A DNA stretch of 64,000 nucleotides from Phoronis australis (taxonomy: Eukaryota; Animalia; Phoronida), in contig NMRA01000428.1 of NCBI GenBank assembly GCA_002633005.1, positions 118,900 through 182,899 of the forward strand, given 5' to 3'. The position numbers were made by a program, and so were the translations under genes. The notes beneath the pieces are model-generated. The model was not told where the DNA came from. It searched no databases and saw only the letters and a list, made by a program, of their open reading frames with translations. Shown piece after piece: positions 11,401-23,400 of this stretch. Within the stretch, counting starts at the first letter, position 1. Each line of letters starts with the position of its first letter.

Positions 11401-14400
11401 TTGTCACATCTTCTTGTAATGTTAAACAGTTTGATCCGTTAGTTGCGAACACTTCTAAAGTTATAAAATTGTATTTCACCTGTTTGATTGAAAACAAAGA
11501 CCGTCGATGTCCTTTTGTCGTACAAGGTGTTTTTTTGGCAAATCTTGTTTTTGTCTGGACTAAATGTGTGTGGACGGCCACGTTCTCAGAAATTACCTGT
11601 GTCGATCATATCACTCCAAATATTTCATTTATATATATCACATACGATATGACCAAAAAGAAGTTCAAGTTATTTAGGAACGTTTCCAAAGTTGCCAACA
11701 TTGGAGAATGAAAAGACGGGGCACATGGAAATGAATATACAGTTTTGTGAGCAGTAGTCACAAGATACATTGAGTTAGAGGAAGTATTCATTCAACCGAA
11801 ATATTTCATCAAAGATGTCCTACTTTTTTAGAAACCACTTCGAGTCACTTTTATTTTCACCTAATTACTGGACAAGTCATTTCGGCCTAAAAATGTTATT
11901 CATGAAATGGGTTGGTTAACGCAGGTTTCATTGTGACTGATGTTTCTGTACCATACACTGTTCTCGATGTTAATTTCGCAAAAGTGACACTAGATGTATT
12001 GACTTGGGACCCGTTCACTATCAACCGCTACACTGACAGATGGTTATATGCTGGCTGGTTTATGTGAAGTCATATACTTACACCAGATTTATAAAACAAG
12101 TTCTGTTTTTGTGAATTTTTGACACACTGTCAATTCTTGATAGTACTGATATACAAACCAGCCTCATCAGATCACCTGTCAATTGTACGACTGAAGCTTC
12201 ATCCAAACGCAGGAAAAAATAACTATGATCTACCGCGCCGGTGCCTGTTGCGCGCTCCCAATGCGCCGCCCCTCGATCATGCCCTAGCTGTTGGTGACAT
12301 GAACATGACCCAGATTGTGATTTTTTTGAAAATATTATCGATTTAAAAAAGCTGCCCCATTACCACAAGTACAGTTGTTGATCTTTACTGTTTCGGTTGC
12401 TGCCTATGCGGGCATTTAGGCGCACGTGACTTTGTGTAAAGTTCACTTTTCCGCAACAAAGTGGAAGACGTTGAGGTGTATTCAATTAAAAGACTATCAA
12501 ATGGAAAGTACTGAGCGAACTAAGAACATCAAGTTTAAGAAGGGATAAGCACCCGCACCTACCAGTTAAACTATTAAGCGCATGCACCTAGAGTGTATGT
12601 GCGAAACATTTCAATAAACGCAATATTCCACGGCTTAGGATGCATGGGAATAATTTTGCGCATGTTATTTTTGATGTGAGAATCAAAGAAATTGCACCAG
12701 CAGAGGGTAAGATAGCGACCACGTGTGTTGAAAGTTCAATGGTTCCAAGCAGAGACTTATCTAAGAAAATCTCTTTTCTCATCGATAGTGTATCTTTAAA
12801 GTCGCTTTTAAACTCGGTGCTGCGGTTTTTGAGATGTTGGAAGTGAACTAGAACTACAGAGTACAATTATTCCTATTCCGATGCTAATTTTGTTGATTTT
12901 TACTATCAAAAGAACAATGTTAGTATTACAGAACTATTATTTGATTGGACAGACGTCATTAGCTTTGACCTGAATTATAAAACAACTAGATCCGTTATGT
13001 TTGGGGTTTTTGAAATCAATTCTAAGTCTAAATTTATGTGTTTGCGATTTTATTACAAATCGTGAATTTCGCCGTTGTCTGGCTAACATTCGCTTAAAAT
13101 ATTCTGACAAGGTGTGGTTTAAATCGCCTGCAAAACACTTGGCTGCTAACACCATGGTGCTAGGCAGTCTGGAGCGTATCTCAGAAAATCACATTTCTCA
13201 CCAATAACGGTTCAAATACCACACCACGAATGCACGAACAGTAACTTGTGTTAGTTATAGTACAGTGATTGTAAAACAGTGTGGATTTTTTAAATTCACC
13301 ACTGTGATGAATGAATTATCTCTAAATAAGTTAGGTATATCTGCTTGAACAAAGGGAGGGTAGGATCATATCCGATGACAAGTTTATCGATATTTTGCGC
13401 CAAACACCGATTTAAAGAATAATTTAATTTCATCAGGCGAAGTTGTTGGGAAAGCAACATGAGTGGACGAGGTTAAAACCGCATCATAGCGTTGACAGGA
13501 ATGGGAAAGTTTGGCAAACTTGAAGACTATGTGTGAGGTAGATGTAGACGATATACCTGGTGAGAAAATTAATGATCAAAAGATCAAACAATGGTATTAG
13601 TATAGTTTATTTAAGATTTGGTTCAACGCAAAGCGTTCTACTTTTCACAACAAAGGTAGTCACAGGATTACAACGTGTGTGTCCAATGAACTGCTAATTG
13701 GATCATTAAGGGTCGTGACATTCCTAATGTCTCGAATGCGTGTTTGATTAGAAGCTCGAGCATTTATTTCCAAAACACCCTCATATTCTCGCAAATCAGT
13801 TAAGGGCAAGCCTTTTGTGCCTGGAGTAGAACACAGGACTCCATACTCATCTGGGCGATGACAATGTATTCCGCGAATAAATTTGCTGGTTTGGCAACTG
13901 CCAGTGAAATACGAAATAATCCTCACACCAAATGTGTTGATCAGGATCAGTCGAAATGGTTTTTTCGAATATTTGACTATTTAAGTATTCCGTTGAAATG
14001 TCAATTCCTATTCACAACTTCAATGGATGATGATTTCCAAGAACTACCAATTGTAGATTTTCGTCTTAAAATTTGGATGCAACCGTTGTCAATAAAATGA
14101 AACTTATGCAATGAACGTTTTGGTCAAAGCACACCTCTAGTCGTGCCTTTCCATCGGAATAGGAATAGAAAACAAAAAAGCCAAACGCATAAACAAAAAT
14201 ATTCATATCTTCAAAAAGGACGATTCAATGTCATGGTTCTCAACATTAATCCATGTTACATAAAAATCGAATCGTAAGGATTTTGGCACGTTTGGTGTAA
14301 TTCAATGATGTGGTGAATAGTACAGTTTTGGGGTTTCAAAGTGTGAGATTTTGAATTATTGAAAATAACATTTTCCAGCATATTTGCAGTGAATTTATTC

Positions 14401-17400
14401 TACAAAGGATGTGGACGTTCTAAATCATTTTCGGTAAACAATAAAACATGCACACTGACAATCACGTTTGGGAGATGTCTTGTTATAAATCATTTTTACT
14501 TGCGTTACATTTTATAATCTCTAATGTATGATCTTAATAGACGGACAACCCTTTTGGTATTTGTCACTTCCTTTATACTGTTTTTAATTTAGCTAGTTTT
14601 CTTTCCTACAGCAACGTGGTTTAGGGGGAACGTGTACTGGGGGGGGGGCTACTTAGTTTTAATTTCAAGGTGATTATGTAGTGGTCAAGATGTTCACAAG
14701 ATGACAAAGGACTGAACAAATTACTTGGAATTTCAATTACTTCTCTCGAAGTGTTGTAACCCGGTGGCTTATTTTTAATCCGACTGCACGACTGTGTATG
14801 TTCTTGTCGTGCTTTGATTTATATATTCTGCGAGGGTCTAATCTCGTGCGTAAATTATTTTTCGCTGTTGGCAAGGGAAATTCCACTGAAAATTATAGTC
14901 GTCCTATTCATTCAGCAGTAAACACCATTGAGCCTGTTCATTCTTCTTTATGCACAGTAAGTCTCGTCGTAATAATGCCACGAGAGTGTGCAGGGAAATT
15001 GTCATTCTGCGTCCAAAGTATGCACACGAATTTGAGTTTTATTTTTCATGTCAAACTTGCAATGAATGGTAGCGTGAAGGACAATTCCCACAAATTGCGT
15101 CACTTCGGACTGCTTTACCTCAAAGATGGTAGATCAGGTTTCGGTGGAGCAGCATCACAAACGTTATGAATATTGATAAATTTGGACAATTTTCTAGGGT
15201 CTCTCAGAATCCATTGTGTTTTTTGTGATTTTGTTACAAGTCCCAAAGTCTCTCAGTGGTGTCCAGAGATTCGCTGAAGTCAGAGACAGTGGCTTTTTTC
15301 AGTAAAAGCGAAATTGGGATTATAGCTGTTCGCTTTCATCATAGCTGTATAACAACAAAAGGCTGTTCTGTGATTTTATTACAAATCTCGAATTCTCGTT
15401 GTTTTCTGGCAGACATTCGCTGAAATTGTGACACTCTTAAAATACTAACTAAATTTAGCTAGTGGGACTTAGCTCAATGGCAGAGCGTTGAACTGCGACT
15501 GACGAGCAATTGCTTTCGATTTCTTGCTGCGACTATCGTCAAAAAATACCTTACTCCCCGGTAATGTCTCTTTTAATATTCTTAACGTAGTCCACCATTC
15601 ACGGAGAATATTTTTTTCCGACAACATTGTTGGACTGCAACCGCGGGGTTTGAAGGTTGATTCCACTCTGAGGCTCAAATCAGATATTTTTGCACGAAAC
15701 AGCGATTTAAAGAAAATGTGACTTGCAACCCAACATTATTGCAAAATATTGCCACATTATGTTTCTCGTTAATTCTGCTCGATGTGCAACATGACTGAGT
15801 CAACTACTCAACCACCAGGTGGCAGTGTTGGCATGTTTATAAAGACTTTGTTGGCAAACTATGCTATCTGTAAGATTTACAACAATAAAAGAAATCGGAA
15901 AGCTAAAGGTTTTTTGTGAAGTACATAATATAAGTTTATTGATTAATGTTACTCAGCAAGTTTTATTTACACTCTAGTGTGAAAAACTAAAGACAAAGGC
16001 CGCAGTGCATTTTTCAATGTAACTGCTCTTTAAGACTCATGCGTGCAATACAAAGCTGTAGGAAACCGTGAGTTCAACTCTCCTTGACAGAGTGTTCACT
16101 ACATGTATCCTCTACACGCAGATGAGTTGAGTCTACTGAAAACATTGTTAACCATAACGGATAGAGCTGTTGAGCGTGTGTTGGCTCCAGTTGATGATAT
16201 CACACTATGGGATCCATACGCTTACAATTCATCGAAATGTGTGACATGAACAAAAAGTTGTTCACACCCTGGTCTCTCCAATAAACTGACTTAAGTCTCA
16301 GATTTGTCTCAACTCCCAAACTTGCAGAAACGGCGAAAGGTATGCACTTTGCTTGTATCCATGAATATGGAGGTCACGTGTTTTGTGTAGTGCAGGTTTG
16401 ACTTAAAATTAATACCCATTTTAATTTTAATTTTTAATCTGAATTAAAACACGTATTTTACAGGATGGAAAAACTGCTTACGATGTCTGTGGGAAAGAAG
16501 CAATAAAGAACCTCCTTAAGGTACAAAGTAATGAACCAGTTTATGAGTGTTGTTATACGCAGACGATATCATCGTTGTTAATAACTTGGTTGTTTTTGTT
16601 ATTGATATCACGACCACATTGTCAATATTAGTCCTCATTACTACTAGTACTGCTATTATCAGACCACCCAAAGAAACATGTCTCACGTGCAGAGGTAAGA
16701 ATAAGCGTTTTAGGAAACCATACCACATCTAAAACAATATCCACAGGGTCCAGGAGTTTCGTTTCGTAACTTAAACAATGCTCGTTGTTCTAGTTGGCGG
16801 GGTAGTAGGGCAGATAGTCTTGCCATATTCAAATTGATTGTAATCAGAGCAATCAATAGATCATGATGATCGGTAGAGGTTTCCGAATTGTGCTTGAATG
16901 TCACTTACATGCATTTGTATTTCAAGAGACGAAAAAACAATATCGTTTCCGTTTCATGACGGTCAATTGCGTTTGCATCTCTAGTACTTCCTGTTGAAAT
17001 GACGCGCCCTAACGTTTGTAACATCTAACACAATTTCACGACGTCATTGCAACAGTCCAACAGGTACAGTAATCGAGAATGTTGACCTAATTTCCAATCT
17101 ACACTTATGGAGCACCGAAAGATTCTTAAACGAGCATGTTTATGCGCGTTGAATTAAGCTTAATCAACGCGTCAACGTTTGGTTTTGCTTAATCAACGCG
17201 TACATTTATTTCGTAAACCACCATTGTTCTGCCGTTTTTCAACGCGCATTTTAGCTTAACCAACGCTTAGTTTTCTTATATCAACGCACATTTTGATTAT
17301 TCAACGATACTTCTAGTCAATTCATATAGTCCAATCAAACCCCAACTCACAAAATCTCAAATTGACGGACGTAAGACTTTCTGCACGGCGCAAAGCAACT

Positions 17401-20338
17401 TTTGAAGAATGTACGTTGCAGACTTCTACCAAATGACCACGTAAATGTTAGGAACAGGTATATTTCAATATAAACTTGTCTTTGATTGCATGTGACGAAC
17501 TACTAATTCACTCGCTGGTTCCCTGCGTGTCCCCTAGGGGGAAGAGGACACGTAGGTATAATTCAGCTGCACGTGATTTATCACTGGTTGATGTACTTGC
17601 CACCTCGGCAGTCTTTGTTTAGCTTTACAACATTGAAGAAAGATAACGATAACGGCGAATTGTGACCGATTTTTAGCTTTGCGTACATCTTCATGAACCA
17701 GGTTTTCTCTATACAGTGTCAATAACGTCTTGAACAAATCTCCATTAAGCACCGATTTATCTACAGCAGACTATATCCACATTTATATTTCCTCCATCAT
17801 GCCGGTTTGTTTGCGCATGAAGCGCTTACTGCTGACAATTAGACCAGCTAATCAGAATCGCCGGTGTAAAAAATTTCCCGGGGAATATTAAATGATACCT
17901 GTGGCGCTCATCCCCTAGGGGACACGCAGTAAACAGTGAGAATCAACCCAGTCCCTTAACTTTCGAGGTGAAAGTTATCTGAGGGCGCTGTTAACGCTCA
18001 AACCTACTTGCACCACTAGGCATATGTGTCCTTGAAACCCCTTCCCCTTTCGATAATCAAAGTTGACGAGGTTTCATCTGAAACCCTTACTTCAGTCCTG
18101 AGGTAATGATTGGGAATGCTCGTTGTTTGAAACTTTTGAAATGTAGTGGTTACAATCCATGAGAAATATCCAATTACTTACATTTAACAATGTCACTTGC
18201 AGAAACACATGAAACAGACTCCACGATCCAAAAAAATGAACCGAAGTGTCGAGTGTGCTGAAGAAATGCGACCCCGTGTGCCTGAAGGAGCGACTGCGGG
18301 TTCACCCGATCAACGTCTGGGAGCGAGTGCTACCCCGTCTGAGAAGCAGTTTAGTTCAATGCTCGAACGTTATGCCTACTCAAAAGGCAAAACCATCCCC
18401 GACAGCGAGGCGGAAGTCAGCTTTACAGTAAAAAGGAGAAACGACAGTGACTTGGACATATTGAAGTTGGTTATCAGGCAGTCAGGTAATTGTAAAGTTC
18501 AAGGAAGGAGTCAAATTTCATAAACGAATTCCTGTTCCTATTCCAGTTTCCACGTAAGAGTTTCTACATGAACCAACTCTATATTTTCCAGATTACTTCC
18601 CACTCATACAGTCTCCTACACAATTAACTGGTTCAACGACACAATTCCATGCTCCTGGTAAGAACGTGATGTCGGCGGAGTTACACAAGTCTCTTGCTGT
18701 TGAGCTCCAATCAGTTGTGTTATTGGCAAAAGCAGACGGCACAGGAGTGGGATCTGGGTTCCGTGTTGGTCCAACTTACGTCATGACAAACTGTCACGTA
18801 TTAAAAGGACTTAGTCATGAACGTAAGTACGAACTTGCAAGTGTTTGAACTGAGGCATTTTGTTTATAAATAAGCATGTATAGCGATCTGGTGGTTTGAA
18901 ACTTTTAGGGCTGAGGCTTGAATTATGTTGTTACTTCTCTGGCTAGTGAGAGACCAGTGTAGTCAGCATCAAGACACTCGGTGACTGTTGCCGTACATAA
19001 AAGCTGGGTTATTTTAAAGTACCATCATTCCAGGTTTGTAATCTAAAATATTTTTGCACAAGAATCACCGAATAAAATTTTGTGGCCTAATGCATCACAG
19101 TTGTATAAAAGGCTACGTACACTACAACTTGTGGTCACAGCCTACTTCTACCATGCAAAAATTCATAAGGTAGCTGTTAATAAGTTCTTGATCAAATTGA
19201 AGAAGTATAACAAACTAAAGTAAGAAAATTCATTACCGTGCTGATCAAGTTGTTCTAGATGATGATACATTGCATATGTTAACACAGTATGATGAGAATT
19301 TCTTGCAATGTGATTCTTACAAAAAGAAAATGACAAGTAACTACTTTTTTCAAAAACTTTATTGGTGCTATTTGCTTAGTTTTCAATACATTCATCAGTT
19401 GGTCAAAATAGCTAAAGCAATGCTAGGACCAGTGTTCCACTTGTAAACAGTAAAAAATGGTACTGGTTGGGGGGTACGTACACTACGCACAGTAAATCAA
19501 CGTCAAATTTTAACTAATTTACAAATGTATGGGGTGGTCTTGAGTTTTGTGCTGCCGCTACTTGTTGGTTTGTTGCAAGTTGTCTTGAGAGATAGAGAAC
19601 CTGCCTCTGCAACATCAGTTGTCACGTGACATGTCTTCTAGGATTTTAAGTACAAGTTCTGATCCCCAGCCATTTTGTTTTGAAGTCCAGCCGACTGGTT
19701 TTCAAGTCCGCCTAGTCCAACCAATTGTTCAAGGCCAAAAAGTTTTTACATGTTAAAGTGGAGTCATTTATTGTGTTAAATACTCCATGAGTGGGTTGAT
19801 ACACGGTATCACATCACATTCTAATCCAACGAAAAGGTTTTGTTATGTAAGGACACAGTATATTTACGCTTAGAACTAAGCTATAGTACAGAAAATTGCG
19901 GCCTTATATTGAGTATGCGTTTTTTGATCGACACAGTCGTGTGGTCGCAGCGTTCCTCGGCTCTCCTGGTATTCTGAAATGTACTTTTTGCGGTCCAATC
20001 CTACTGCCTCGAACACAGCACAGTTTTCACCGTTATTTTCCGGTGCTGTCATCAACAGGAGCTAAAGCAACACACTGTATTTTCTATATTCCTGGATGGA
20101 TTCTTTTTAAGTTCCCGAAGAACTTTTATTATTAATGAATTGTTCATCGTGAGATATTCACAAACTGAAATTTCAATATGAAATGAAACTTTACAAGTTA
20201 TTAAACATAACGGATTATCTTATCACTTTTCTGGCGCCTGTATGCTTGATATAGATATGACGTCACACGACAACAAGCCAATGCACATAACAATAAGGTA
20301 CATGTATAGCCGCGAAGCAAATATGTTCATATATATAG

Positions 20339-20427
<89 letters not shown>

Positions 20428-20432
20428 TGAAG

Positions 20433-20469
<37 letters not shown>

Positions 20470-23400
20470 TTGTGTGTATTTATCCTATATACATTAGAAT
20501 ACTACTATAATACCTTCTCTTCTTGAATTCATTTCATCCGGGACATCCCCAGATGACATTATTATACCCATGTATGTGGGGTAATCTATATAGCACGTCA
20601 AGTGGAGTCATTTAGTGCATTCTATGATGCATTAATACATTAATAAGCTGATACACTTTATTATTGACAGCCATCAGAGACTAAGAGACGAGAAAACATG
20701 TTTCAATTTGTATGTTCAGCTTCCGTTGTCAGGCATTATAACCACGCCCAGTGCAAGTGAAACTGTGTTGCACTACACAATATCAGCTTCTGTCAATTAT
20801 TATCAGGAAACAAACTGTTGATCATTTCCAATTATGTACTTTACAGCCAAGGATAACGTGGCAGTGTTCAATTTTGACAAGCCTCGTCGCATGGACGGTG
20901 TCGGAGCAGCGCCTATCCGCGCCATATTGGCTCATTGCGAGGACCTCGATGTGGCCGTCCTAGACCTTGATTTCGACGCAGTACTTCCAATAGCCTTTAA
21001 CGAGTGTCAAAGGATCAACAAGTTCTCGCTTCCATCGCCTGTTACTGATTTTGCCACTATCGATGCGCAGGAATATATTCATTTTGTTGGACATCCAACT
21101 GGTGACGGGAAAGTTTTGGATACTCAGTGTACAATTGACCGTACTTGTACATCGCCACACAATAGAGAAAAGGTGCTATAATATTCTCAATGCAGGCCCG
21201 TAGCCAGGATTATACGAGGGGGGGCTCCGAATTTCTAAAAGGTTGGACCTTTTGACGGCATTTCGCTAGAAGTAGCGTCGACCCTCTCTACTTTTCTGGT
21301 TAGCGCCCTTCAGAAGCTGACGCATAATAAGCGACGCAATAAGTTTTCAAAGCTTTAATGTCAAGAACATTAATAGTTGAACAAAAACTTAATACACTTG
21401 ATTCAATGTACATGTAAGTTCCACAGAAGATACACATCAGGTTAGTACGCTATCAAATTTCATCTTCCTGGGATTTATTTGCTCAAAACGCTGGACAACT
21501 CTGTCAATTTCTATCACTTTGTTGTAATTAACGTGCATCAGCGCTAGGGATGACATTCTGTCACCACTCATACTTGCTCGCATGAACGTGTTGAGTCTGC
21601 GTAATGTGCTAGCTGATCTCTCGCGTTCACACGACGTCACCGGTAGTGTAGCCAAAATTTTTAGCCTTACACAGACGTTCGGATACAAAATTTGGCCACA
21701 GTCTTGTATAGTCTGGGAACATGTCGACAGCGCATTCTGCTGGGATTTCCAATTGTGCCTCCATTGCATCATTTCCTGTTGAAGTAACTCGGGTCATCGA
21801 AGACTTCATCCACAGTCTCGTGAAGTTCCTGGTACAGGGTTTGAATCTCATTCACCATTCCGTAAGCTTGTACAATATCAACTGTTGTACTCTGCAATTT
21901 GATTGTAATGCCTTCTAGATGAGAAAGTAAGTTATATACTATGCAGAATGTCACTATAAAATCAAAGGAAGTGATACCAGCTAGCAACCCACTTGCTTCG
22001 GATTTGTACTTCCCTGTCCAGCCTGAGGTCACGTCGGTGCTGTACTCGTGCTTGTGTTGGTCATATGCTATAACTTCTAGCGAAATTACAATACACCCGT
22101 ACGACTGAAAAAAACCTCGAATAAGCATCGTGACGAGCCGCCCAGCGAGTGCGGCAAACATCAATGAGGGGCTTTTTAGCGATTCGGGGTCTTTCTTTTT
22201 ATGCATTTCATTCAGGAGGTGTTCTGACTTTGGACGGCTCATAAAAAAGTAAACAACGCATTCTAATTTATTCAAAGTATTTCTGATTTCCTGTATCGAA
22301 CATGAACAGGCTATCACTAAGTTTAGACAATGACTGCAGCAATGTGTGTATAAGGCTAAAGGGGAGTGTTCACGCAGGATTGCCATGACGCCAACGTTGT
22401 CACTACTCATATTTGCTGCGCCATCATATCCCTGGCCTCTGCAGTTGGCAATGTCGATCCCGAGCCTATCTAAGGTGCCCATTATGCATTCCGCTACGTG
22501 TTTGCCGGTTATCCGCGCAAGACTACAGATTACCAGCAACTCCTCTCGAATGTTGTCATCGGCGTCTACAAATCGTATACACAAGGGCATGAGTTCTTCA
22601 TTGTTGGACGTAACCTCATCAGCCATAACGGAACAAAACTTGGCATCTTTTATTTCCTTTACAATATCGGCTTGTATGAGGTGTTTTCCAATAATCTCGA
22701 TAATTTCATTCTGTATTTGAGGCGAAGTGCACATGGCGTTCTTCATTTTTGGGTGCTGTAAGTGTTTCTTTAGAGTTTCATCACAGGTACTCGACAGTTT
22801 CAAAAGAGCAAGAAAACTTCCCGGGTTACCGTTATCTTCTGTCAAACTTTCAGAATCTCCTCTAAGTGCAATACACTGGCGACCGCAATAAGGAATCGCT
22901 TTAGTTATTGCCAGGAGATTGTGCCTGTTTTCCTTTATTTGGTCTTTGACTTTACTGTCTAAGACAGCGTCAACACCTTTCTGCGGATTTTCCATCATGC
23001 TAACAAATGTATTAGCATCATTTAATGCCTCCATGTCATATCTTTTTTTGAAATGCTCAGACAGTATTTTCGTTTTATGATGCCATTGCGTGAATTGCCT
23101 GTTCACTAACTTGGTTGGTTGCCTTTTTACGTCACCTTTCGAAAATAAAGCACAAGAAACGCAGAACGCACCATCAATTTTTGAGCTATACACCAATGAA
23201 TTCCCAAACTCTTTAAACCAAGCGTGTCTGAATGAGCGGTTACACCCCGCTGCATACTCTGTTGGAAAAATGTAGTCAGGAGATGGTTTGTCGTGATTTT
23301 TGATAAGATTGTATTTTTGCACGTCACTTAATTTGCTTAAGGCGTAGGAAACCTCTTCTATCGAATCTGTTGCTCGGACGCATGGAACTCTGCGAGGTGG

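Noticed and set aside
20242-20430. ORF ending in (VC)n
   Set aside because: Translation of a GT microsatellite.
20671-20846. Alternative acceptor at 20670 for the protease Asp exon
   Set aside because: Gives an in-frame TAA within five codons; the acceptor at 20846 keeps the frame.
21769-23322. Domesticated host gene (THAP12/ZMYM1-like)
   Set aside because: Enclosed by TIRs and a TSD and frameshifted in the catalytic region, so it is a transposon copy.
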